From: a virus
DNA length: 64,000 bases
Virus record (IMG/VR): IMGVR_UViG_3300014656_000018
Span: 34,119 to 98,118 of that record
Reading direction: 5' to 3' (one strand)
This document shows, piece after piece, positions 19,872-30,700 of this stretch. Numbering within the stretch: the stretch's first letter is position 1; every line of letters starts with the position of its first letter. The position numbers were made by a program, and so were the translations under genes. The notes beneath the pieces were generated by a model. The model did no database searches, was not told the origin of the DNA, and saw only the letters and a list, made by a program, of their open reading frames with translations.

Positions 19872-20302
19872 TGATATTCTCTATAGCTCTTCCACTACCT
19901 CCAAGCAGTAACAAAACACACAGGCGAAGAGGTCTAGGGAAGCCTGGACTGTTTCTGACCCCTGCAGCAAAACGGTATAAGAGATCCGTAATAAAAGCTG
20001 TGCTGGCAAAATGTGTTCACACATTGAAATATGTTGATCCAGAGAGCGCCTACTTTCTGACCTTGGTGTTTCATCTTGATGCAATAACCAAAGGATATCC
20101 AGGTAAGGCAAAACATAGATTCAGAATTATTGACCTATCTAACAGAGTCATCCTGCTTGAGAATGCAATAAAGGAAGTTACAGGCATAGACGACAGCAAC
20201 ACATTTGAACTGAACCTGATTAAAGTTCAGCTTAGAGAAGGAGAAAGCCCTTATGTAGAAGCTCATTATGGGAAGTTGGAGGAAGTGGATTGGCGACTAT
20301 AA
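19868..20302 (+). CDS. RusA-like endodeoxyribonuclease
   Basis: LPLPPSSN, DLSN, GIDDS motifs. Confidence 0.8.
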   Translation: MMIFSIALPLPPSSNKTHRRRGLGKPGLFLTPAAKRYKRSVIKAVLAKCVHTLKYVDPESAYFLTLVFHLDAITKGYPGKAKHRFRIIDLSNRVILLENAIKEVTGIDDSNTFELNLIKVQLREGESPYVEAHYGKLEEVDWRL

Positions 20303-20676
20303 GAAAGAAAAGGACCAATAAGGCCGAAGAGAGATGTACTTTAGCATACTCATTCGTCCGCAAAGATGATATACAGCTGGAAGATTTGAATAAGGGAGAG
20401 CTTTTAGCTATATGCTCCCACATAGGTGAGCCTGCTTTTCGAGGCCTTAGCAAAACAGACCTGGTTCAGATAACTGAGGGGAGACGGATAAAGCCTGTTA
20501 TACCACCGCTGGACAGACTAAGAGACAAGCTGATAGCTTTCATACAGCTCTATTGGGATAGTATAAAGTATCAGCTACCAGCCGGTTGTACCGGAATGTG
20601 TTATCAATGCAGTGATATGAAGATGTTGGTGTGTTACACAGAGAACAGAGAGCATCTGTTCAAGAGCAGGAGGTAG
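20290..20676 (+). CDS. Hypothetical protein with C-terminal Cys cluster
   Basis: CTGMCYQC...C; coupled ORF. Confidence 0.65.
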   Translation: MATIRKKRTNKAEERCTLAYSFVRKDDIQLEDLNKGELLAICSHIGEPAFRGLSKTDLVQITEGRRIKPVIPPLDRLRDKLIAFIQLYWDSIKYQLPAGCTGMCYQCSDMKMLVCYTENREHLFKSRR

Positions 20677-20678
20677 CT

Positions 20679-21224
20679 TTGATTACTGAAGCCGAGCTTA
20701 TCGAGATGCCCCGTATTCAGCTACGTAAGCAAGCCATAGCAGCCGGTATGGAGGTCGTAGCTTCTGCTACAGCCCCAAAGGAAGAGTTGGTCAAGTTTGT
20801 TCTGGACTCTCAGGGAGATTCAGGGGAGAGCAGTGGTAGAGCAAAGAAAAGTGTGAGGGGAAAGAAAGCTGCTCCTCCCGAGCCTCTGTCCGATGAGGAA
20901 AAGGGGGCAGCTGATGGTGTAGCTGAAGAGAGGAGATCTCCGGGCAGACCAAAGAAGGCTACAGAGGAGGATTCAAAGGCCAGCGACGATAAGGGGCTTA
21001 TGAAAGATCTCCTGAATCGGGTGGATACCATCGGTACAGTTCTGGATAATATGAGGAAGAACCAGGAGGCAGACAGCGCGGAGATAGAGAAGATGGCAGC
21101 TGCTATTTCTGCCATGGAGCTTCAGCTGGCAGATATTCACAAGGCCACCTTCTGGGTATATAACGGTGCCTTTGATGTTGCCAAGAACTATGACGAGATT
21201 GAAGACGCCCCGGAGGCCGAGTAG
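20679..21224 (+). CDS. Hypothetical protein with AT-hook-like motif and coiled coil
   Basis: AGGAGGT RBS before TTG 20679; RRSPGRPKK. Confidence 0.7.
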   Translation: MITEAELIEMPRIQLRKQAIAAGMEVVASATAPKEELVKFVLDSQGDSGESSGRAKKSVRGKKAAPPEPLSDEEKGAADGVAEERRSPGRPKKATEEDSKASDDKGLMKDLLNRVDTIGTVLDNMRKNQEADSAEIEKMAAAISAMELQLADIHKATFWVYNGAFDVAKNYDEIEDAPEAE

Positions 21225-21272
21225 CTAACACTGCCTGTAAGAGATGGTGCGAGAGTGTTATGTGAAAGCCAA

Positions 21273-21413
21273 ATGCTATTCATCCCGGAGGACAAAGTAG
21301 CAGACCTACTGTGGCCAGATATAGCAAAGCTGGCCAAGAAGATCGGTGCTGAGGTAGAAAGAGATTTTTCCAAAGAGCAGATAGTAAGAGCATTTAGAAG
21401 AGCCTGCGTATAA
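21273..21413 (+). CDS. Small helical protein (46 aa, not in ORF track)
   Basis: MLFIPEDKVADLLWPDIAKLAKKIGAEVERDFSKEQIVRAFRRACV ends just before the terminator. Confidence 0.45.
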   Translation: MLFIPEDKVADLLWPDIAKLAKKIGAEVERDFSKEQIVRAFRRACV

Positions 21414-21420
21414 AGGTCAG

Positions 21421-21457
21421 AAGAAGGGGGACGAAGAGTCCCCCTTCTTTTTTACCT
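21421..21457. terminator. Terminator between convergent replication and late operons
   Basis: 12-bp stem AAGAAGGGGGAC/GTCCCCCTTCTT followed by TTTTACCT. Confidence 0.85.
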
Positions 21458-21899
21458 AATAAATGGAGACAAACAGAAGAGCTGTCATAAGTACTGAGAC
21501 ACCCACCCCTGCAACTCCCATAATTCTCCAGATATCTCTCCCACTCTCCAATGCATGAAGTTCCTCATCTCCGGACTCCCACTTCCTGGTAATCAGATGA
21601 AGCTCCTCTTCCAAAAGGGCTTTATCCTCCTTTAGCAGCTCACCTATCCTCTGAGATCTGTACAGAGCTTCCTGTGTTTGAACATCTCTCTTCTCCAGGA
21701 GATGAAGCTTCATCCTCTTTGTGTATAGCTCATAATCAAAATCCAGAAGGAGCTTATAATCCTCCAGCTGATAGCACTTATAGGTTCCACCATAGAGAAC
21801 TATCTTCTCCCCCAGTGGAATTATCTTGGGAGCTACCGGCTGAGAAATTGCTATTAAGGGATAGAGAGAAAGTACAATAAAGATGATATATCGTACCAC
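21456..21899 (-). CDS. Signal peptide + coiled coil + C-terminal TM protein (spanin-like)
   Basis: Hydrophobic N- and C-termini flanking a heptad-rich middle; lysis-like context. Confidence 0.6.
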   Translation of the reverse strand: MVRYIIFIVLSLYPLIAISQPVAPKIIPLGEKIVLYGGTYKCYQLEDYKLLLDFDYELYTKRMKLHLLEKRDVQTQEALYRSQRIGELLKEDKALLEEELHLITRKWESGDEELHALESGRDIWRIMGVAGVGVSVLMTALLFVSIY

Positions 21900-21900
21900 A

Positions 21901-22350
21901 TCAATCTCTTTTAGACCGGCACAGTATCACTGCTTCCTGTGCAGTCTTACCTAGATTCTGAAGCATATCCGTGTGTTTATCTTCATTCTGGACAATCTTT
22001 GCCAATAATTGATTAAGCCTCTCCTCCCTGCGCTCAGTTGAGCTATCACGCTTCTCATCTGCTGCAATCTGTGCTTCCTGTACGCTGGCGAGACGGCCCA
22101 GTATCTGACCGATATCCAAGAGGTTGAAGCTGCCTGCTTTACCATTGAGCGGGGATGGTGTTGGGTTTTTATTCTCTATGCGTATATTGGCTCCGCCTGC
22201 TGTGGAGGAACCATCAGTAGCTATCATTCCTCCATTGGAGGCCTTATTGCTTCTAATTTGAGACCAGCTGATAACTCTAAGACCAAGGGCAGCAAGACCG
22301 GGAAGGCTGGCAATAAACAGGAGAATATAGAGTTGGTCTGTTAAAAACAT
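21901..22350 (-). CDS. Membrane protein (holin/antiholin-like)
   Basis: Single N-terminal TM and C-terminal coiled coil. Confidence 0.5.
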   Translation of the reverse strand: MFLTDQLYILLFIASLPGLAALGLRVISWSQIRSNKASNGGMIATDGSSTAGGANIRIENKNPTPSPLNGKAGSFNLLDIGQILGRLASVQEAQIAADEKRDSSTERREERLNQLLAKIVQNEDKHTDMLQNLGKTAQEAVILCRSKRD

Positions 22351-22365
22351 GATAACATCTCCGGA

Positions 22366-22746
22366 CTAAAGAACATCATCCCAGCTATGGATGGAGGACA
22401 GCTTTTCTTTGAATCTTTGACACCCTGTGTCCAAATCCTTAATATGAGCATCTGTCCTCTCTCTTTCTTTCCGGAGAGTTTCTATCTCTCTCTCCAGGTC
22501 GAATCTATGCTTATCCGACACGTCAAGCTTATCGTAGACGTCCTTTCTCTGTCTAAGAGTATTCTCTAGCACATCCAGTTTGTGTGCTGCAGCTGTCCTA
22601 TTTCTGCGGTTTAGAAAGACAAAGAATGTAACCACACCAACAACAAAAACAGCAGCTATGGACAGAAAGACAGCAGTATGCCAAGAGGTGGGTTTCTCAA
22701 TAGTCCCACTGGCTCTTTCTATAAGGGTTTTCTGATCGTCCATCAA
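22366..22746 (-). CDS. TM + coiled-coil protein (i-spanin-like)
   Basis: AVFLSIAAVFVVGVVTFFVFL followed by a coiled coil. Confidence 0.55.
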   Translation of the reverse strand: MMDDQKTLIERASGTIEKPTSWHTAVFLSIAAVFVVGVVTFFVFLNRRNRTAAAHKLDVLENTLRQRKDVYDKLDVSDKHRFDLEREIETLRKERERTDAHIKDLDTGCQRFKEKLSSIHSWDDVL

Positions 22747-23231
22747 ACACTTATCTCTTTGGAGGCCCCAAAACCCTTCATGGAGCCAAGCTCTTCATGA
22801 ATCATCCGATCAAGCTCGGCCGGAAGCTTATCCGGAAACTGCTTTAACAGCTGCTCCATAGCAATCTTCAGCTTCTCGGTACCCTCCGGATTGGACTCAA
22901 TCTTCAGCTGCTTTGCTGCATACTCCTCCGCATAAGCAATAGCCTTCCTCACAGCCTCCCTGGTAACAGCATCTCTTTGAGTATTCAAAGAGAAGCCAAT
23001 CTTTTTAGCCAACAGACTGAGTACCCAACCTAGAAGAGCGGCAAGAAAGGCAGATATTACTGGAAGAAGAGCACCTAAGATTTGCCCGCCAACAGTTGAG
23101 AAGAAATCAGTTTGCGGAACAGCCGTAGGGATCATCTCAACCATAGCTGGAGATGCTGGAAGAGGAACTCCTTGAGCAAAAGCCAAAACTGAAAAAAGGA
23201 GTAGAGAGATAAAAAATAATAATCTACACAT
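22743..23231 (-). CDS. Holin-like protein (LL-H-like)
   Basis: TM segment, then AVRKAIAYAEE...G.EK...A pattern; start at ATG 23231 with AAGGAG RBS. Confidence 0.6.
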   Translation of the reverse strand: MCRLLFFISLLLFSVLAFAQGVPLPASPAMVEMIPTAVPQTDFFSTVGGQILGALLPVISAFLAALLGWVLSLLAKKIGFSLNTQRDAVTREAVRKAIAYAEEYAAKQLKIESNPEGTEKLKIAMEQLLKQFPDKLPAELDRMIHEELGSMKGFGASKEISV

Positions 23232-23241
23232 GAGGATCTCC

Positions 23242-23685
23242 TTATACTGTTTCAAAAATTTGAAAATAAGCTATAGCAGAGCCGGATGTCCACACATTAG
23301 CACCACCAGCCTGGTTACTTACTCTTATTGTAGTATCACCTGCCTTTGCGCTGTTGTAAGAATAATGAATAGGTGAGAAAGCAACCGCATCCCAAAGAAG
23401 AGGCCCTAAAGCGTCTACCTGTTCTGGCTGCATCCAATTAGTAACTGCAGTTGTCATATCAGCAACAACCAGCTGTAAAAATCCTGAAACACTACTTGTC
23501 ACACCAATATCTAAGGTTGGTACCGTAACAGTACCAAAAGCCGTAGTAACTTTTACCCAACAACGTTGTATTACCTGTCCTTGTGATAAGGTAAATAAAG
23601 AAGTATCTGCTTCAACTTGCGCAGAAGTAAAAGGTACGCCTATAATTCGAACCACACCTCTTAGAAGTTCCCCAGGTATCGACAT
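23242..23685 (-). CDS. Beta-rich virion protein
   Basis: VKVTTAF...LDIG...G pattern seen in small phage virion proteins; follows the tail fibre. Confidence 0.6.
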   Translation of the reverse strand: MSIPGELLRGVVRIIGVPFTSAQVEADTSLFTLSQGQVIQRCWVKVTTAFGTVTVPTLDIGVTSSVSGFLQLVVADMTTAVTNWMQPEQVDALGPLLWDAVAFSPIHYSYNSAKAGDTTIRVSNQAGGANVWTSGSAIAYFQIFETV

Positions 23686-23697
23686 GTGTACTCCTTC

Positions 23698-26600
23698 TTA
23701 CGCTGGAGCCATATGAAGTGCTAAATCAACATAAGTAAAAGCTGCATCAGAATCAGCCAAAGCTATACCAATCACCCAAGGGTTAACACCCGTAACTACA
23801 TTATGTACCTTTCCTACATCAACTCCTGTTTGTAGATAGCAGATATCCCCCCTACTTATAGCAACACCCGCTACCTTCTGTACCTGAGCAAACCCCGATG
23901 TCTGTACACTTGGGGCGCCCATAAGCACATCATGTGTCTCCAAATCTGGGCATTTGATTCCTATTGGACCTTTACCTACTATGGCCGAGTCTGCATAGTC
24001 CAGCTGATAGCCAAGAGGGCCATCAGCAGGGCTGGCCGTATTTAATGTTACAACATAGCCAACACTTATGGGAGCGGGATCATCAACAAACCAATTAGGA
24101 GAGGGCCCATAGAAAGTGTCTGTGGCGACCTGCCCAGCAATAGCTGGAGAGATATCTACAGTGTTGATGTCGATCCAGTTGGATATGATAGAACCTGTAT
24201 TCCTGGTTATGTTCCAAATAGCGTCCCCGTTTCTTGCATGCCTGAACGCTCCTGTAGCAGTTATTATCGTATCATTATCAGTTAAACCGACCATGGTGTT
24301 GATTCTGTTATTAGCACAAGCACCGGTTGTACCACTTAGACCACCACCCTGAATTTGTGACGCTGTGAAATAAGTAGGTCCAGGACCGATAGGATCTGTA
24401 ATAGGCCAAAAATCGAAAGCGGAGCTAATAGTACCGAGTGTGTCTTGGCAACATAGGAACCTTCTGTAACCCCCACCAAGCATGATATTTCCAGTCTCAC
24501 CCACAACAAGCGAAGTACAATCCCCAGGTGTATGGTTAGCTGTAGCATGACCAATACCTATAGCCCTATTATCCACACCAAAACCAAAACTTCTATACAT
24601 AGGTGTAAATGTCTGGGAGCTATAGGCACCAGCAACAAGAGAATCATATGTACAATTAACACGAGAATTGGTGCTACTACCTAAACCTATACTAACAATA
24701 TTTGGGAACACAGTTGGTACGGCGGCATCTAAATCCTTGTCATACCAACCAAAGCTGTACTTAACATTGTTAGCAGCCGTGTGATCCACCTGGAAAAAAG
24801 TTTTATCCGCCGCCCCAACCCAATCCCACTCCAGCTTATTGGAAACATTTGCTACATTTAACAGCTCCCAGGCTGTAGTACCAATCTGCTCATACCCAGT
24901 GGTAAGGGCTTGGACGGTAAGACGCATATCTCCAGCATTGGTGATATTATTTATCTTAAAAATGCTGTGTTTATTTGGTCCCCCAGCTTCTGTACCAGAT
25001 GATGCGACATCACACGTCACGTATCGTGCTTCACCAGCCCCTGAAGCTCCCGCATCAAGGGTAAGTGCTGTATATTCATTAATATTTCTAAAAGATAACC
25101 ACTTGGTTTGCTGGGCGCCAAAATGGAGATCCAGGGATCTAATTAGTCCCGTTAAGGTAGAATCAGTATCTATAATAGAGCCATTTAGCCTTAAATTTCC
25201 TGTATAATCTACCGAAAATACCTCATCTTCTGTATCAACCACATTTGGTAATCCGGTTTCTGCTGTGCTAATAGCATAGAAATGATAACCACCAGCTTTG
25301 CATTTTATCGATCTGTAATTAGTTGCACTAAGAGTACTCGTATATGTCTGATGGACGTGCTCAGCACCGCCTAAGACCATACCAGTAGCAGTTTGGGAAT
25401 TTGTCCATATAGAAATATCATAAATCTGGATAAATGCAGCCTCATTAGTAAAAGCGGCTACGGTACCATCAAGATTTTGCAGAGTTAGAGTATCATTTAC
25501 ATCGTCAACATCAATTACAAGGTAGAAACCTTGCTCAGCTACGAGACCCCCCGTAATGTGTGCTATAGTAGCCCAAGGAATGATATTACTAAGGTCTACA
25601 CCTATTGAATAAATGATTTCATCAGCTGGACCTGCAGGTTTTTTTGTTATAGCTATAGCTACAAGGGATAAATTATCTATGAAGCAACGCTCAAGAGTTA
25701 GCATACCAGCAAAAGGAAGACTGTTTCCTATACTGGATGTATTAGTTATACCTACATATCCATTTTTACTACTTACCAAGGAAGAGTCTATCTCTAAAAG
25801 GGTATTATAATCATTTACAGGAACTGAATTGGTGGCCTGTATTCGTACAGATCCTGTATCAGCTAGAATAGTCCTACCACCACCAGCTGTTGGCAACAGA
25901 GGAAAAGCAAAGTTCAGATCATAAGCATCATCAAGACCACAGGTAGCCAGGTGTGTTAGTAGAGCAGCAAATGCTCCTCCTTCCTCTTCCGCCGCTCTGA
26001 TCTTAATCTTGGTCAGGCTGTCTGCTTCCAGAGGAAAGCACATGGAGGTAGGCAGACCCACACCGGTAACGGCAGAACATATAGGCTGCTTGGATATACC
26101 GAAAACTAGGTAAACTGTAGTAACACCAGCAATCAAAGAAGGGTCATAGTTGAGTTGAACTACAGGGCTAACCCAGAAACGTCCATTGGAGTTTATTGTT
26201 ACAGTACCGGCTGTTCCAACTGTAACATCCAAAGATCTGGATGGATCCTGTAGACACCTAAGCTCTATCTCTGTAGTACTGAGAACTTTGTGTACTTCCC
26301 AATCCAGTGTACCGGCATTGGTATCATTGGCTACATCATTACCAGCAATGACAGCTATGTCACCGGGACATACAGGTCTGATAATAGGGGCAATACCAGG
26401 CTCCTGATTCCATGTAGCTGTAGCACAGGTAACCGTATGTCTCGTTAATGCTGTTATATTAGCAGCCGCATGTATCTGGCGGTTTTCATAGGCACCAAGT
26501 GTCTGACCACCGTTAGCAATAGTATCAGTCTTCACACCATTAGGAACAACAACACATGTAGTGCCAGCAGAGTCTATCTCGTTAAAGTCCTGGTCCAGTA

Positions 26601-26967
26601 CACTGAAACCCGTGGCTAAAACGGCTGCGGTATTTCCACCAAGACCAACAAGTGCCCTGATAGCCTGATTCGTTCCCGGGGTGTCAACATAGATCTCGAA
26701 TGTAGCAGGATCTATATCAGTAGTTACATTGACTATAGTAGGAATAGCTATCTCAGATAGTACACTTCTGGAGAGCCAATCCGTGTTCTCCTGCACTGAA
26801 CCTAAAGCCCTATTGAAGGCTTCACTGGTGGCATTCTCCCCGAATGCCATAAAGCGGGTACCGGTAGGCTGAGTAGTTAATGGGTCTGTGCTGTTGGGTG
26901 GGCTATCAGCAGCACCTACTACGGTTGCCCCACGAAGAACAGAGTGAAGGGAATACTCAGTTGCCAT
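23698..26967 (-). CDS. Putative tail fibre / receptor-binding protein (1089 aa)
   Basis: N-terminal FGE.ATS.AFNRAL..+.ENTD.L anchor; G/T/V-rich beta modules; downstream of the baseplate genes. Confidence 0.65.
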   Translation of the reverse strand: MATEYSLHSVLRGATVVGAADSPPNSTDPLTTQPTGTRFMAFGENATSEAFNRALGSVQENTDWLSRSVLSEIAIPTIVNVTTDIDPATFEIYVDTPGTNQAIRALVGLGGNTAAVLATGFSVLDQDFNEIDSAGTTCVVVPNGVKTDTIANGGQTLGAYENRQIHAAANITALTRHTVTCATATWNQEPGIAPIIRPVCPGDIAVIAGNDVANDTNAGTLDWEVHKVLSTTEIELRCLQDPSRSLDVTVGTAGTVTINSNGRFWVSPVVQLNYDPSLIAGVTTVYLVFGISKQPICSAVTGVGLPTSMCFPLEADSLTKIKIRAAEEEGGAFAALLTHLATCGLDDAYDLNFAFPLLPTAGGGRTILADTGSVRIQATNSVPVNDYNTLLEIDSSLVSSKNGYVGITNTSSIGNSLPFAGMLTLERCFIDNLSLVAIAITKKPAGPADEIIYSIGVDLSNIIPWATIAHITGGLVAEQGFYLVIDVDDVNDTLTLQNLDGTVAAFTNEAAFIQIYDISIWTNSQTATGMVLGGAEHVHQTYTSTLSATNYRSIKCKAGGYHFYAISTAETGLPNVVDTEDEVFSVDYTGNLRLNGSIIDTDSTLTGLIRSLDLHFGAQQTKWLSFRNINEYTALTLDAGASGAGEARYVTCDVASSGTEAGGPNKHSIFKINNITNAGDMRLTVQALTTGYEQIGTTAWELLNVANVSNKLEWDWVGAADKTFFQVDHTAANNVKYSFGWYDKDLDAAVPTVFPNIVSIGLGSSTNSRVNCTYDSLVAGAYSSQTFTPMYRSFGFGVDNRAIGIGHATANHTPGDCTSLVVGETGNIMLGGGYRRFLCCQDTLGTISSAFDFWPITDPIGPGPTYFTASQIQGGGLSGTTGACANNRINTMVGLTDNDTIITATGAFRHARNGDAIWNITRNTGSIISNWIDINTVDISPAIAGQVATDTFYGPSPNWFVDDPAPISVGYVVTLNTASPADGPLGYQLDYADSAIVGKGPIGIKCPDLETHDVLMGAPSVQTSGFAQVQKVAGVAISRGDICYLQTGVDVGKVHNVVTGVNPWVIGIALADSDAAFTYVDLALHMAPA

Positions 26968-26970
26968 ATC

Positions 26971-27708
26971 TTAAAACCTCCACTCCCAGACTACTTCCAG
27001 CTGGAAGAGCGGTGTCTTCGTAATCGTTGCAAAGGTATTATACGCTACCATTCCTATCGCACCAGCGCCTTCTACCGGAGATGTATGAATAATACTATTT
27101 GCCGCCGATGTAAAAAGACCGATCTCAGATAGTGGTACACTTGTTCCATAGGTGGGCTGAAGCGCATAGCTAATATCTGTCTCTACAGCTACTCTCCGAA
27201 AACGGATAGTGAAATTGTTTGGGGCATAGGCTGTGTCTGTAAGATCCTGCCCAACAACCTGGGCCAGATAGAATATTGTAGCTCCGTTTCTTACATATTC
27301 CACAGGGCTTTCCAGACCGTATCTGGTTACTACCTCTGTGAAGGTACCCACTCCCGGAGGTGTAACCCCCTGCATAGTTCCACCAACACCATACGCTATA
27401 TAACGCACCCTGTACTTGCTATCCTCCTGTACATTTGTTGCAGCATCAAAAGCATTCACGTTCAGGTTAGATGCTGGTGTGTCTACAGGAATCATATCCG
27501 GGTACGATAAGGCTGAACAAAGGCCTCGTAACCATTGCCTACCCGTATTGGTTACGACATTGTGACTCTCTCTCCTACCAACGATCTTCCCCCGCTCCCG
27601 CATGGTCAGAAAGACATTATTCTGAACCTGTAGATGCTCGGGGATATCCAGAGAGCCGTTTGATCTCCGAAATCTATTTATGAGCTTCTTTAGAACGCTG
27701 AATCCCAT
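26971..27708 (-). CDS. Tail-collar/fibre-attachment protein (DUF3751-like)
   Basis: HNVVTNTGR, YIAYGVG, LSEIGLF, ITKT....+.W.W.F. Confidence 0.7.
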   Translation of the reverse strand: MGFSVLKKLINRFRRSNGSLDIPEHLQVQNNVFLTMRERGKIVGRRESHNVVTNTGRQWLRGLCSALSYPDMIPVDTPASNLNVNAFDAATNVQEDSKYRVRYIAYGVGGTMQGVTPPGVGTFTEVVTRYGLESPVEYVRNGATIFYLAQVVGQDLTDTAYAPNNFTIRFRRVAVETDISYALQPTYGTSVPLSEIGLFTSAANSIIHTSPVEGAGAIGMVAYNTFATITKTPLFQLEVVWEWRF

Positions 27709-27716
27709 CTTGTTCC

Positions 27717-30700
27717 TCAGCTGGTGATGAGGTGATCTATTATCATGTCTGGATCAGACGGTGGTTTTGATAGACCCTTATGTCCGACAACACGAAGTAT
27801 GTATCCGCTGGATACCGAGGCTCCGGCTGGCCTGATATTACTCATGGCATCTATCTGAAAATCCTCATAGAACACTTCTTCTGGAACCCCCAGCACAGCT
27901 GCTGCACCACCATCCAACCACCAGTGTAAACCATTTCCCGGTATAGTGGTACTATGCATATTCGGTTGGCGAATACCACCTGCCTCAACGGGGGTTAGAT
28001 TTATTTCCATGGTCAAGAAATCGTCCAGTATCAAACCCTGATCTACTCTCGGCCCAAGCTGGGGAGCACCAAATCCGATGTCATAATCCATGTTGATACG
28101 TATACGCTGATTCACTGTATGAGTATAGGGAACAATCCCACCATCTATGGTATACTTTGGCTGCCTTACACCATCATCCAAATACTTGAAGGATTTATTT
28201 ACACCATCTCCACCCTCAAAAACAACGTGAGGTCCCTGAAGTGTGAAACATTTCCCGGTATCCCCTATCGTCAGTGCTACCGGAGCACCAAGACCATCAA
28301 GCAGTGAAATATTTATCTGTGTGTTGACAGAGGTCATGAGGTCATAAACACCATCATCATTCAGGGTTCCCTCAATAACCACATAGGAGTAGACCGAAGT
28401 ATCTATGTAGTTGGAGTCGATCCAAGCAACTGTGAGGTTATCTGCCAGAGGACCAATGACAAAATCTATTTTTGGGCTGGTTCTGTCCAGAGAGAACTCC
28501 AGATCTACAGCCGTTCCAGTCCAGCTGCCATTTCCATCATAGGCGTCCAGCATACAAGCGGTCGGATGGCCAACCTGATCAAGCGGAGCACCACCAGAAG
28601 GCTGATCCGGAGCACCTCTAGGATTGTCATAAAGGAAGAGGGTACCATCCTTGTAATCATCATCTCCCACCTGGATGTAGTCATCATCTAAAGTAAGAAG
28701 TGCAGATAGAATCGGACTGGTGTAGACAGGCTTCAGCCTATTAACAAAGGTAGCAACGAAGGAGAAATTCGTTGTATCCACAGCCGCAGCTGTATCAACC
28801 TGAACTCTGAAGAGGAAGAACTTCTCCACCTCCGTCATCAAGCCTTGATCTACATGAATGAGGAACCATCTAGGTGTATTGACATAATCCTCTACGGTTA
28901 CCCCATTAGAAAGCGGGGCAAACTGCTCCACCACATCTCCGGCCACATAAGCAGATGACGTAGCTGGATTGGTGGCAACACCTACCGCAAGAGGATATCT
29001 ATAAGATCTGAGGATAGCTGTGTTCTCGTTATCCTGAATTAGAATTCTTCCGTGTGTCAGGCTATACTGATTGTTTATCTCCGTGATCACCCCAGCCTTC
29101 TCCGAAAAGGGAAGACCAAAAAATATCTGTGCACCCAATCTGATGTTACTTATCTTTGGGCCACCGAAGAAAGCAAACCATAGAGCCTGAACAGCAGACA
29201 GATAATCAACCCCCGATGTAGAGTCTGATAGGGTGTCTCTAGTAAGACCAGCCAACCTGCCAAAGTTGCCCTCAATTCTTTCCTCATTATTGAAGTAGCT
29301 AACCTCTCCCCACAGATTATCTGGAGGTAGGCTTGAGGAGGAGAAAGTTCCGGAGGCAAAGGATATCGCCCCAGACCCGACAGTATAGTGCTGGTTCTCG
29401 TATAGCTTGCTGGTTGGGGCAGCTATGGGAAACTTCAGCTTGGGGACGCTATCCAAATCATCATCAGTGGGTATCTGGTGAATTCGCACGATACCGGAGT
29501 AGGTGTACGTATATTCGGTAGAAGTAAGACTACTTAGCACAGCCAGAAGATTTGTACTGTCAAAAGCAGCTCTGTAATCTATAACCCCCAGAACCTCGCA
29601 ATGGACATCCTGACTGGTACCTGTGCTGGTGCTCCTGACACTAAAGCGTACAAGATCACCGGCCTGCACCAGCTCATCATCTTCCAGGTTGAGTAAGGAG
29701 GTTATGTACGGTGCATTTCTCCAGGAAAATGATGCTGAGGGCCTGATAACCTGCCAGGATTTATCCACAACAGGAAGAGCAATCTCCAAGACAGGACCAC
29801 CAGGGATTGCAGAGTCCAACGTCAGAACCTTGGTGGTAATTCCCCCAGAGCTGATGTTGGATATGCCACACAGAGCTGTCTTCGAAAAAGCATCCTCAGC
29901 TCTGCAGGATACAGCCCCTCCTCCTATACCTCTGCCAGCAGTCACCAACAGAAGAGCTTTGGGATGGCTATTAACTGCTGTAACAATATCATCCATCAAA
30001 GTAACATCTGGAATGTATGTAATCTTGATGCTTCTATTCAGGACAGAGACAGAGAGAGCTGAGCCCACAACTAGCTCAACAGTTATCTGGTGACCATACA
30101 GGCCAGGCTTCTTGGCCCTGAATACAAGCTGGTAGAAGCTATCATTCTTTATAAGGGCTGCGTGGGTTGTGCTCTCCGTGGTTATACGAAGTATATCTCC
30201 GGCCACGATAGGGTCTGTATCATATATTCCAGCAGAGAGAGCCCATAGATCTGTAGTGACCTCCGGTATGGTCTTGGTCTTTGCGTAGCCGGAGTTGTAG
30301 TTGTCAGAATCTATAACGTCATATATAGGTACAGTATCAGTAGTAACAACTAGCCTATTGTTGGACTCCTTCCTGGAGACCTCATATGCAGTACCATTCG
30401 TGGTGTCCAGAAGTAGATCACCAACATTGAATGGGTAGAGATCATTTACTCCGGAAGATCTGATCATTGATGTGGTCAGATCCCCATCACCGTCCTCTTC
30501 ACCTACTGCACTACCGGATATATCAAATGCAGGAAAGGTGACCGTACCTATGTCTTCAAGGTAGGGAGAGTATTTGAGCCACTTCCTTATGAAGAATCTC
30601 TGAATGTCATTCAAGGATTTAGCATAATCGGTCTGCCAGGCTTTCAATACCTCCCCGGAGATCACCTGAATGGCTGAAGACCAGAAGGTGCTAAATACTG

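Noticed and set aside
14615-21413. Genome-wide TAG recoding
   Set aside because: Genes are full length under code 11, and polA ends naturally at TAG.
23698-26967. Diversity-generating retroelement targeting the tail fibre
   Set aside because: No reverse transcriptase and no template/variable repeat pair seen in the window.
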